Source of the DNA: Longimicrobiales bacterium
Lineage (GTDB): Bacteria; Gemmatimonadota; Gemmatimonadetes; Longimicrobiales; RSA9
Direction of reading: 5' to 3'
Assembly: GCA_036374995.1 (NCBI GenBank)
Contig: DASUSS010000093.1
Coordinates: 45,945 to 109,944 of the forward strand
Length of the DNA: 64,000 nucleotides
The translations under genes and the position numbers were made by a program. Shown here one piece after another: positions 8,898 through 17,193 of the stretch (position 1 is the stretch's first letter; each line of letters begins with the position of its first letter). The notes beneath the pieces were generated by a model. It had not been told where the DNA came from. It did no database searches and worked only from the letters and a program-made list of their open reading frames with translations.

Positions 8898-9869
8898 TCA
8901 AGCTGGACGGTCGGCGTCAGTGCCCGGTCCGGCTGTCTCGTCGGGCGGCGGCTCCAGCCAGTACGCCGGCTCGTCGGGCGGCTCCGCGGCGCGCAGCTGC
9001 TGCATCCGGCGCCGATCACGCCGGCGACGCATGACGAACAGCGCGAGCACGAGCAGCGCCGCGATTACCCAGATGAACATCGTCTGGGCGAGGATCTGGA
9101 GCCAGCCGAAGCGGCGCTTCACGTGCGCGCGCCAGAGCCGCTCGAACTGCGGCGAGGATACGACGTACACGCTCCGGAGGGATGCCTCGAAGTCGTCGGA
9201 CTCCGCCCACATCGCGAACAGCCGCTCGAGCGTTGCCGCACTGCCGAGCGAGTACAGGTACTGCACTGCGCTCGCGGACAGGAGGTACGCCAGCCGGGCG
9301 TCGACGGCGAGCAGGGGCCAGTCGAGCGTGAGCGAATCGAGCGGCGGCGCGCGCTCGGTGGCGAGCGCGAGGCGCAGCTGCCAGCCGGCGTTCGCGTCGA
9401 GCTGTCCGGCACTCCACGTCGCGTAGCCCTCCGTGAACCACCTCGGCACGAGCGCATCGCCGAGATGCCGCTGAAGCGCGACGTGGGCGAGCTCGTGACG
9501 CAGGATGTGGGGCAGCTCGTGCGTGCCGGCGCGCGACGAGACGTAGCCGGGCACGATGATCACACCGCGCTGCGGCAGCGCGACGCCGGCCCCCCACTCC
9601 GGGGCACGCCCTCCCGTCAGTGAATCGAAGCGCGCGGCATCGGGGGCGAGGTACACGTCGATGTCGCTGCCGCGTCGCAGGATGTCGGCCGGGAGGCCGG
9701 GAAAGGTCAGGCCGGCCGCCGACGTGAGCAGCGACGCTGCGAGCCGGTCCTGTCCGGGCCAGTAGTGGATGACCACGTCGTCGAGCCGCAGCGCCCCCTG
9801 CTGCGCGGTCGCACCGGCCGCCGGCAGCATGCCCGCCGCAACGAGCAGCGCGCCGCGCAACGATCTCAT
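8898..9869 (-). CDS. HExxH (peptidase MA-like) protein with signal peptide and C-terminal membrane anchor
   Basis: N-terminal MRSLRGALLVAAGMLPAAGATAQQ. HELAH motif within HILRHELAHVAL. C-terminal TM segment TMFIWVIAALLVLALFVM followed by RRRRDRRR. ATG forms an ATGA overlap with the cheB stop (9866-9869). Confidence 0.6.
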   Translation of the reverse strand: MRSLRGALLVAAGMLPAAGATAQQGALRLDDVVIHYWPGQDRLAASLLTSAAGLTFPGLPADILRRGSDIDVYLAPDAARFDSLTGGRAPEWGAGVALPQRGVIIVPGYVSSRAGTHELPHILRHELAHVALQRHLGDALVPRWFTEGYATWSAGQLDANAGWQLRLALATERAPPLDSLTLDWPLLAVDARLAYLLSASAVQYLYSLGSAATLERLFAMWAESDDFEASLRSVYVVSSPQFERLWRAHVKRRFGWLQILAQTMFIWVIAALLVLALFVMRRRRDRRRMQQLRAAEPPDEPAYWLEPPPDETAGPGTDADRPA

Positions 9870-10951
9870 TCCCGCCGGGTGCGCGCGCGCGCCGCAGTCA
9901 GGCGCGCGATCTCGTCGGCGACCTCACCGAGCGGCACTACGACCTCGGCGAAGGCGGCAGCGGCCCGGGGCATCCCGGTAATCACGGAGGTCTCCTCGTC
10001 CTGCGCGATCGTGCCCCCGCCAACCGCGCCAATGATGCGCAGCCCATCGGCGCCGTCACGCCCCATCCCGGTGAGCACGACGCCGACGCTCGCAGGACCG
10101 AACGTCCGTGCGATCGCTCGAAACAGCACGTCCGCTGCCGGCCTCACGTTCCACAGCAGCGGCGCCTCGGTGAGCAGGATCCGGACGCCGCCGGCGTCAC
10201 GCTGGAGGTCGAGGTGGAGGCCGCCGCGCGCGATGTAGATGACGCCCTCCTCCAGTACACTGCCCTGCTCGGCCTCGCGCACGGGCAGCGCGCACATCTG
10301 ATCGAGCCGCCGTGCGAACGCGCTCGTGAACAGCGCGGGCATGTGCTGCACGATGAACACGGCGGCAGGAAGGTCTTCGGGCAGCCGCGGCAGGATCTCC
10401 GCGAGCGCGCGCGGCCCGCCCGTCGATGCGGCAATCGCGACGGCGCAGCGCGCGGGCGGTGCACCCTCGTGGCGCCGCGCGCTCCGCTTCTGCCACAGCT
10501 GCCGGCGCCGCGGCAGGTTCAGCAGGTGCGCGACGGAGGCCGCACGCAGCGCCTGGTGCAGCCGCGTGCCGAACGCAGCCATCTCGGCAGACGAGGAGCC
10601 GTTCGGTTTCGCGACGAACTCGACCGCTCCGGCCTCCATGGCGCTCAGCGCGGAGTCGACGAGGGAGCGATCGTGCGCGGACACGATCACGACCGGTCGT
10701 GGCGCCTCGTGCAGCACGTAGTCGAGGGCCTCGCCACCGCCGAGATCCGGCATGGCCAGGTCGAGCGTGATGATGTCCGGATCCAGCTCGTGCACCATGC
10801 GGATCACCTCGTACCCGGTCGCCGCCTCGCCCACGACCTCGAAGTCTCCGCTGCCCGTGATGTGCTCGCGCAGCAGCGATCGCATCAGATCGCTGTCATC
10901 CGCGATCAGCACGCGGCGCGCACGGCGCGACTCAGAGGATGACATCGGCAT
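9866..10951 (-). CDS. cheB: protein-glutamate methylesterase/glutaminase CheB (receiver + esterase)
   Basis: Receiver domain RVLIADDSDLMRSLL...DIITLDLAMPD. Methylesterase half has AIAASTGGPRAL, FIVQHMP and LTGMGRDGA. Confidence 0.9.
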   Translation of the reverse strand: MPMSSSESRRARRVLIADDSDLMRSLLREHITGSGDFEVVGEAATGYEVIRMVHELDPDIITLDLAMPDLGGGEALDYVLHEAPRPVVIVSAHDRSLVDSALSAMEAGAVEFVAKPNGSSSAEMAAFGTRLHQALRAASVAHLLNLPRRRQLWQKRSARRHEGAPPARCAVAIAASTGGPRALAEILPRLPEDLPAAVFIVQHMPALFTSAFARRLDQMCALPVREAEQGSVLEEGVIYIARGGLHLDLQRDAGGVRILLTEAPLLWNVRPAADVLFRAIARTFGPASVGVVLTGMGRDGADGLRIIGAVGGGTIAQDEETSVITGMPRAAAAFAEVVVPLGEVADEIARLTAARARTRRE

Positions 10952-11471
10952 GGTTCACGGATGTGACGAGCAGCTGACCATCCATGGTACGCAGGAACAC
11001 GGAGCGGCCGTACGTGCCGAGCACGTCCTCGCCGTCGACCGGCACGCCCGCAGCGGCGAGCGCCTCCCGGGCCGCGTCCACGTTGCGGCGGCCGAGCTTC
11101 AATCCCTCGCGGTCGAGGATCGCGCGGAACATCGAGGCACCGCCGGCGAGCCGGCCACGCAGGCGGCTGCGCGACGCGCCGCGCGCCTCCATCAGCTCGA
11201 TCAGCTCGGGCACCGCCGTGCTGGCGAAGCGGCCGGGAGGTGCATCGCGCCGCCCACTGTCCGGATGCGGCAGCATGGCGTGCGCCAGGCCGCCGATCCG
11301 CTCGTACGCGTCGTACAGCGCGATGGCGACACACGACCCGAGGCCGACCGTATACAGCACGCTCGAGCCGGCCGCTGCCTTCACATCACCGATGTGGACG
11401 GGAACGTGCTCGGTCGCCTCGGCCCGAAACTCCAGCACCGAGCGGCGGGAGCTGCGCTGCTCCTCCATCAT
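10932..11471 (-). CDS. cheD: chemoreceptor glutamine deamidase CheD
   Basis: 179 aa with the CheD block TVGLGSCVAIALYD...GGLAHAMLP. The stop overlaps the cheB start by 20 nt. Confidence 0.9.
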   Translation of the reverse strand: MMEEQRSSRRSVLEFRAEATEHVPVHIGDVKAAAGSSVLYTVGLGSCVAIALYDAYERIGGLAHAMLPHPDSGRRDAPPGRFASTAVPELIELMEARGASRSRLRGRLAGGASMFRAILDREGLKLGRRNVDAAREALAAAGVPVDGEDVLGTYGRSVFLRTMDGQLLVTSVNHADVIL

Positions 11472-12373
11472 GCGCGGCGGAAGATGCGCTGGCGGCTCGC
11501 CATCGTCTGAAACAGGCCGGACTGCGCACCGAACAACGCCTCGACCTTGCCCAGCACGAGGTAGCCGCCCGGAACGAGCGCATCGTGGAACTGCCTGAAG
11601 AGCTGCTCCTGCACCGCGCGCTCGAAGTAGATGATGACGTTGCGGCAGAAGATGAGGTGCAGGTCGCGGGGGTGAGGTTCGCGGATCAGGTCGAGCGTCT
11701 CGAATCGCACGTTGCGCCGCGCCCCCGCCTTCAGTCGGTACACCCCATCGTGATCGAACCAGCGGTCCCGCAGCTCCGGCTCGATGTCCGTCATCGCGAA
11801 TTCCGTATACTCCGCACGTCGGGCGAACGCGAGACTCTCACGATCGATGTCGGTTCCCAGGATCTCGAACCGGTCCGGGTCCACACCGCGCTCCTGCGCG
11901 AACTCCTGTACCATGATCGCGGCCGAGTACGCCTCCTCGCCGCCCGCCGTGCCCGCACTCCAGATCCTGATCACCGGATCCTCGCGCGCCGCCAGCTCCG
12001 GCAGCACGTTGCGGGAGAGCATCTCCCAGACCTCGGGATTCCGGAAGAACTTGCTGACATTGATGGTGAGCGTATCGACGAGCTGCTCGTACTCCGCCCC
12101 GTCCGACGCGAGCAGCGCCGCGTACTGTGCGTAGCTGTGGACGCCACGCGCGCGCATCCGCACCGCAATACGCCGCCGCAGACACTTCTCCTTGTAGCCC
12201 TCGCAGAAGAACCCGACCGTCGCCTGGATCTGCTGCTTGAGAGCACGGAGCTCTGCGGCGTCGGCATCGCTCAGGTCACCGTGCGCGAGCGGGAGCGGCG
12301 GTACGCCGGACGGCTGTGCTTCACTGTGACTGCCTGCCGGGGCGGTCCGCTGCGACCGCTCATCCGGCGGCAT
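11468..12373 (-). CDS. cheR: chemotaxis protein methyltransferase CheR
   Basis: CheR blocks TINVSKFFRNPEVWE and IRIWSAGTAGGEEAYSAAI (SAM-binding). Start set at ATG 12373 (MPPDERS), because the longer ORF prefix overlaps the upstream gene in another frame. ATGA overlap with the cheD start. Confidence 0.85.
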   Translation of the reverse strand: MPPDERSQRTAPAGSHSEAQPSGVPPLPLAHGDLSDADAAELRALKQQIQATVGFFCEGYKEKCLRRRIAVRMRARGVHSYAQYAALLASDGAEYEQLVDTLTINVSKFFRNPEVWEMLSRNVLPELAAREDPVIRIWSAGTAGGEEAYSAAIMVQEFAQERGVDPDRFEILGTDIDRESLAFARRAEYTEFAMTDIEPELRDRWFDHDGVYRLKAGARRNVRFETLDLIREPHPRDLHLIFCRNVIIYFERAVQEQLFRQFHDALVPGGYLVLGKVEALFGAQSGLFQTMASRQRIFRRA

Positions 12374-13982
12374 TGACGACGATGTCGAGGTTGTTGCGGA
12401 CGATCGCGTTGTCCGGGTTGAGCTGGAGCGCGCGCTTCCAGGCCTCGACGGCCGCGTCGAGCGCGCGCGCCTTGTACTGGAGGTTGCCGATGCGGGCGAA
12501 CACGTCATCGCCCAGGCGCGGATCGAGCTCGGTCGCACGCAGGTAGTGCTTCAGCGCCTCGTCGTGAGCGGCCCGCCGATATGCGACATCTCCCAGGTTG
12601 CGGTGTGCCTGCGCGAGCGCGGGGTCCTCGTCGAGCGCCTGGCGATAGGAACGGTCCGCGTTGTCGAGGTCGCCGCGCCGCTCGCTGATCACACCCAGCA
12701 GCAGCAGCAGCGGCGCGGAGTCGCCGTAGATGTCGAGGCCCTGTGCGACGAGGGACTCCGCTTCGTTCAACTGGTCCATGGTGGCCAGGTTGAGCGCCGC
12801 GAAATAGAAGTAGTCGGCCGTCGGCCGGTCGCCGGGGCGGAGACGCGCGCGGAACTCATCGAACGCGGACCGCGCCTCCAGGTAGCGCGACGTGTGCAGC
12901 AGCGCGATGCCGCGCGCGAGCTCGGTGCGCGCGAGTCCCGGCTTCACGGCCTCCGCCTCGTCGAGCACGAGCAGCGCATCGGACGGACGGTCGAGCAGGC
13001 GTAGTGCGAGCGCCATGTTCATGAACGCGCCGTAATGCGCACCGCGCTCCTCCAGCAGGGTGCGCAGCTGCTTCACGGCATCGCGATACTGCTTCTCGCG
13101 CAGGCTGACGAGCGCGATGTGGTACCGGGCCGGAAAATCCTTCTCGTCGAGCTCCAGAACGCGCTCGAACTCCCGCGTGGCATCATCCATCATTCCGGTG
13201 CGGTAGAACGCGATGCCGAGGTTGCGGCGTTCCTGGAGCTCCGCTTCCCGGCCACGCACCGTCTCCTCCGCCTTCCGGCCGACGCGATGCGCGAAGCCCG
13301 CCTGGATCAACCCGAACAGTGCCTTGCCGACATCGAACTCGGCGAGCCGCGTCTGATCCGCCACCTCCTGCACGGTGCGGGTGCCATCGACCAGCGGGAT
13401 GATCTGCTGCTGCTCCGGCGTGAGCACCGCGTCGGAGCTGCGCACGCGGTCACGATCGATGTCGAACAGCAGATCCAGTGACGGAATCTTCTTCTCGATC
13501 ATGCTCCACTCGTCGACCCGGCGAGCGGCCTCGAGCAGCAGGCTCTCGGGATTGATGGTGACGACGAGATCGGCCTCATCGGGCGTGGCGTCCGGCTCGA
13601 AGAAGAAGTTGCCGCGCGACCACGTGAACAGGTGGTAGATCGCCTCTTCGATCTGGAGCCGGATGTAGTGCTTCAGCTCCGACTTCGTGATGTAGTTGTA
13701 GGAGACGAGCAGCTCACCGACGCGGCGGTCGGGCTCGCGCGCCTGGTGCTCGAGCACCTTCTCCAGCTGCCGCTGCGCGAGCACGCCTTCGCGCACGAGG
13801 ATGTCGCCCAGCCGGTCGCGGCGGTTGACGATGCGCGCGTACGTGATGCGGCCCTTGTCGAAGTAGATCTGGCCGAAGCGCGATCCGTCGGCGACCGAGA
13901 GGCAGCCGGACTTGAGGCCGAGCGCGAGGAGCTGGCAGACGTCGGCGAGGCTGGCTTCCTTGAGGCTGCCCTTGATGGCCAT
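12360..13982 (-). CDS. PATAN (DUF4388) domain + TPR repeat protein (540 aa)
   Basis: The N-terminus MAIKGSLKEASLADVCQLLALGLKSGCLSVADGSRFGQIYFDKGRITYA fits the DUF4388/PATAN pattern. The C-terminal half carries repeated TPR-like helices (YRTGMMDDATREFERVLELD..., AQAHRNLGDVAYR..., LGDDVFARIGNLQYK...). Confidence 0.75.
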   Translation of the reverse strand: MAIKGSLKEASLADVCQLLALGLKSGCLSVADGSRFGQIYFDKGRITYARIVNRRDRLGDILVREGVLAQRQLEKVLEHQAREPDRRVGELLVSYNYITKSELKHYIRLQIEEAIYHLFTWSRGNFFFEPDATPDEADLVVTINPESLLLEAARRVDEWSMIEKKIPSLDLLFDIDRDRVRSSDAVLTPEQQQIIPLVDGTRTVQEVADQTRLAEFDVGKALFGLIQAGFAHRVGRKAEETVRGREAELQERRNLGIAFYRTGMMDDATREFERVLELDEKDFPARYHIALVSLREKQYRDAVKQLRTLLEERGAHYGAFMNMALALRLLDRPSDALLVLDEAEAVKPGLARTELARGIALLHTSRYLEARSAFDEFRARLRPGDRPTADYFYFAALNLATMDQLNEAESLVAQGLDIYGDSAPLLLLLGVISERRGDLDNADRSYRQALDEDPALAQAHRNLGDVAYRRAAHDEALKHYLRATELDPRLGDDVFARIGNLQYKARALDAAVEAWKRALQLNPDNAIVRNNLDIVVNAAG

Positions 13983-13983
13983 G

Positions 13984-15738
13984 CTACTCCATCTCCTGGA
14001 TCACGCTGTCCTGGATGTAGGGCCATTGCCAGAGCAGCTTCTCGCGATTCAGGAACCAGTCATCGACCTGGAGTGCCGGCATCGCCGGCGCGGAGTCCGT
14101 CGCGGCGTCCAGCTCGGCACCCAGCCTCGCGTCCTGCGCCGATGGCGTGAGGTCCACAACCAGGCCGCTCTCGAGCCGTGTGCGGAGCCGGTCCTCGAAG
14201 CCGTGCAGCTCGCGTGGCGGCCGAGCAGCCGTGAACACGAGCTGCACGCCCGACCGGCGCGCGCTGTCGAAGAAATGGAACAGCTCCTCCTGCGCGCGCT
14301 CCGTCTGCTCGAGCGCATCGATGCCGTCGATGATGAGGAGGCGCGCGCGGCGGTAGCGCGCGCGCCAGCTGTCGACCTGGTTCCGCTTGAGCGCACCGAT
14401 CAGCTCGGCGGCGAAGTCTTCGCCGGTGAGGAACGCAATGCCGCCATCGCGATCGCGCTCGCGGAACAGCAGCGCGAGCGCTGTGACGAGCGCGGTCCTG
14501 CCCGCGCCGTCCGGCGCGTGCACGAACAGCGGGTTGTAGCGGTCGCCTGGCTGCTGCGCCACGGCGCGCGCCGCGCGCACGGCGAGCAGGTCGCGGTCGA
14601 GCGCCAGCTGCTCGAAGCGCGGCTCCTCCGGCGGCGGAGGCAGCGGGCGCATACGCTCGCGCACCTGCTCCAGAATCGACTCCGCCTCCTCCAGCCGATC
14701 CGGATTGCGCAGCACGTCGAGTCGCGCCAGCTCGGCCGCCGCGGGGTCCAGCTCCCGGATCTTCGCGGCGATCTCCCGCAGCCGTGTGACCGTCTCCTCG
14801 TACCGGCTCAGCAGCGCTTCGGCGTCCTCGTCCGTGAGGTCGTCCTTCAGCGCCGCCTCGAGCTGCCACGTCCGGTAGCCCTCGGCCTCCCAGCGGAGCA
14901 CCGCGTCGCCGACCTTCTGCGCCGGCGTGACCCCCGCCACCGCGCGGCCGAGCGTGCCCGCGACCTCGCTCATGAACGAGCCGAATTCGTCGGAACCACG
15001 CGGCTCTTCCGCTCGACCGAGCAGCTCCGGCACCTCCTCCGCGCTGACCGGCCGCCGATCGAGCTCCTGCACGGCGATCACGCGATTGAGCGCGCCCTGA
15101 AGCTCGCGCACGTTGCCGAATCCGATCTTCGCCAGCGCCTCCGCCACGCCCGTCGACAGCAGATGTCCCCGCTCCTCCGCCTTCTGCCGCACGATCGCCA
15201 CGCGCGTCTCGTAGTCCGGCACGCTCAGGTCCGCCATCAGCCCGCCCGAGAAGCGGGAGAGCAGGCGCTGATCGAGCCCGTCGATCTCGGAGGGCGGACG
15301 ATCACTCGCGAGCACGACCTGCCCGCCCCGGGCCATCAGCGCATCCCACGACCGCAGCAGCTCCTCCTGCGCACCGCGCCGGCCGGCGAGGAACTGGACG
15401 TCATCGAGGAGCAGAACGGACGCGCCGCGCAGCCGCGCGCGGAATGCATCACGCTCGCCCGCCTGGATCGCCTCCATCACGCCTTCCATCAGATGCTCGA
15501 GCGTGTCGTAGAGGACCTCGATGTTCTGATGGACGCGGCGGACGTGATTGCCGATCGCCATGATCAGGTGCGTCTTGCCGAGGCCGGACTCGCTGTAGAG
15601 GAACAGCGGGTTGTACGCCGAGCCGGGCGACTCCGCGACGCGCTTCGCGGCCGCTGCGGCCAGGCGGTTCGACGTGCCGACGATGTAGCTGTCGAACGTG
15701 TTCCGCGGGTCCAGACCGGGCGAGAGATCCTGCTTCAT
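13984..15738 (-). CDS. tandem DnaA-like AAA+ protein (intact module + degenerate module, no DNA-binding domain)
   Basis: Residues 10-225 carry YNPLFLYSESGLGKTH (Walker A), VLLLDDVQF (Walker B), LASDRPP, RLLSRFSGG and NVRELQGALNRV, as in DnaA domain III. Residues 376-530 repeat the core as YNPLFVHAPDGAGRTA, LLIIDGID, FTAARPP and RLRTRLESG. No domain I/II or IV. Confidence 0.75.
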   Translation of the reverse strand: MKQDLSPGLDPRNTFDSYIVGTSNRLAAAAAKRVAESPGSAYNPLFLYSESGLGKTHLIMAIGNHVRRVHQNIEVLYDTLEHLMEGVMEAIQAGERDAFRARLRGASVLLLDDVQFLAGRRGAQEELLRSWDALMARGGQVVLASDRPPSEIDGLDQRLLSRFSGGLMADLSVPDYETRVAIVRQKAEERGHLLSTGVAEALAKIGFGNVRELQGALNRVIAVQELDRRPVSAEEVPELLGRAEEPRGSDEFGSFMSEVAGTLGRAVAGVTPAQKVGDAVLRWEAEGYRTWQLEAALKDDLTDEDAEALLSRYEETVTRLREIAAKIRELDPAAAELARLDVLRNPDRLEEAESILEQVRERMRPLPPPPEEPRFEQLALDRDLLAVRAARAVAQQPGDRYNPLFVHAPDGAGRTALVTALALLFRERDRDGGIAFLTGEDFAAELIGALKRNQVDSWRARYRRARLLIIDGIDALEQTERAQEELFHFFDSARRSGVQLVFTAARPPRELHGFEDRLRTRLESGLVVDLTPSAQDARLGAELDAATDSAPAMPALQVDDWFLNREKLLWQWPYIQDSVIQEME

Positions 15739-15748
15739 GCAGTGGCGA

Positions 15749-16357
15749 TCACGGCTGCTGTATCTCCTGGCCGAAGCGGCGCGAGAGGTTCTGGAGCACG
15801 AGCTTGCTCGCAGCCTTCAGCGTATCGAATACCCCCTCGCCGGAAACCGCGGCCGCCGGGAACGACGGTGCACCGCGGAAATTCAGCGTATCGTCCAGCT
15901 GTGCGACCGGGATGATGCCCGGCAGGTCGCGCTTGTTGTACTGGAGCACCATCGGGAACGTCTTCAGGTCGATGTCTTCCTCCAGCAGATTCTCGTGCAG
16001 GTTGCGGAGACTCTCGATGTTCTCCTCCCACTGCTCCGGCTGGGAGTCGGCGACGAACACGATACCATCCGCGCCGCGCAGCACGAGCTTGCGTGTGGCA
16101 TTGTAATACACCTGGCCGGGCACGGTGTAGAGCTGCATGCGCGTACGGAACCCCGAGATCGTGCCGAGGTCGAGCGGCAGGAAGTCGAAGAAGAGGGTGC
16201 GATCGGTTTCCGTCGCGAGCGAGACCATCGGCCCCTTCCGGTCCTCCGGCACGAACGCGTGAATGTACTGCAGGTTGCTCGTCTTTCCGGACCGGCCCGG
16301 ACCGTAGTAGACGATCTTGCAGGTGATCTCCCGGGTCGAATAATTGACCAGCGACAT
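15749..16357 (-). CDS. mglA: Ras-like small GTPase MglA
   Basis: MSLVNYSTREITCKIVYYGPGRSGKTSNLQYI...TETDRTLFFDFLPL...LYTVPGQVYY...QYNKRDL closely parallels Myxococcus MglA along its whole length (P-loop, TDRT Arg, PGQ, NKxD). Confidence 0.9.
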   Translation of the reverse strand: MSLVNYSTREITCKIVYYGPGRSGKTSNLQYIHAFVPEDRKGPMVSLATETDRTLFFDFLPLDLGTISGFRTRMQLYTVPGQVYYNATRKLVLRGADGIVFVADSQPEQWEENIESLRNLHENLLEEDIDLKTFPMVLQYNKRDLPGIIPVAQLDDTLNFRGAPSFPAAAVSGEGVFDTLKAASKLVLQNLSRRFGQEIQQP

Positions 16358-16849
16358 CTAGTCCTCGCTTGCTGCGTCCGGCGACGTATACTCCAGCCCG
16401 GCTTCGAGGTCGTGCTCGAAGCTCGTCTGGTCCCTGTGCTCCCGCTGCTCCTGGAACTCCGGGAGCGCCGATACTTCCCGCTCGAGGTTCTCGTAGAACA
16501 GCCGGACGATGCCGAGCGACGAGTCGGCATCGAAGATGACCACGAGAATCAGCTCCTCGATCGGCGTTCGCAGCGGCGCGAGGAACAGCTGCCGTTCGCG
16601 GCCGCCATGATACAGGTGCTCCCACCGCTCCGCGCCCGCGAGCTGCGCGAGTGCATTGGAGGAAGCATGCGTGGCTGCTGCGAGCGACGCGATGTTGCGG
16701 ATCTGGTACGCCCGCGTGAACCCGTGCTGCGCGAGCACCTGTCCGGCGTGGCTGACGAGCAGCGCGATGCGGACGCGCGATTCGCGCACGAAACGCTGGA
16801 TCGGGTCCCGCAGGACGTCGATCAGCCGCGGGAGCTCGGCTCCTCTCAT
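16358..16849 (-). CDS. mglB: Roadblock/LC7 protein MglB (MglA GAP)
   Basis: Roadblock fold with LILVVIFDADSSLGIVRLFYENL, matching the MglB block LVVIFDNRTSLGLVRL. Acidic C-terminal tail. The stop abuts the mglA start with a 0-nt gap. Confidence 0.8.
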   Translation of the reverse strand: MRGAELPRLIDVLRDPIQRFVRESRVRIALLVSHAGQVLAQHGFTRAYQIRNIASLAAATHASSNALAQLAGAERWEHLYHGGRERQLFLAPLRTPIEELILVVIFDADSSLGIVRLFYENLEREVSALPEFQEQREHRDQTSFEHDLEAGLEYTSPDAASED

Positions 16850-17193
16850 GCCAGCGATTCCGCCGCGCGGTGCGCCTCGTAGCGCACGAGACCGAGCTGG
16901 GCGTCATGGTCGGCAACGACCACGAGGATCAGCTCGCCGGCATCCACAGCCACGACGTGCCCTTCATCCGCCTCCAGCTGGAGCGTGTTCAGCCGGCCGA
17001 AATCCGCGGTCTCGCTCGCCACCGCGGTTCGGCGGAACAGCGAGGCCGCGAGCGCCGCGACGGCCGTCTCGTTCACGCCCTCGCGCAGCTCCGAGACGAC
17101 GGGCACGCCGGCTTCGCTCTCGACGAGCAGCGCGCCTCGCACGCCCGCCACGCGACTCAGCCGCTCGACCGCCGCCGTGAACAGCGCGTTCAT
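16846..17193 (-). CDS. Roadblock/LC7-domain protein (116 aa, MglB paralogue)
   Basis: MNALFTAAVERLSRVAGVRGALLVESEAGVPVVSEL...LILVVVADHDAQLGLVRYE is a Roadblock pattern. GGAGG lies 8 nt upstream of ATG 17193. ATGA overlaps at both ends. The longer ORF prefix is Arg-rich noise. Confidence 0.7.
   Translation of the reverse strand: MNALFTAAVERLSRVAGVRGALLVESEAGVPVVSELREGVNETAVAALAASLFRRTAVASETADFGRLNTLQLEADEGHVVAVDAGELILVVVADHDAQLGLVRYEAHRAAESLA

Noticed and set aside
13984-15738. Chromosomal replication origin / dnaA locus.
   Set aside because: The protein lacks DnaA domains I, II and IV. No dnaN, recF or gyrB is adjacent. I did not notice clustered TTATCCACA-like boxes or an AT-rich unwinding region nearby, although I could only scan by eye.
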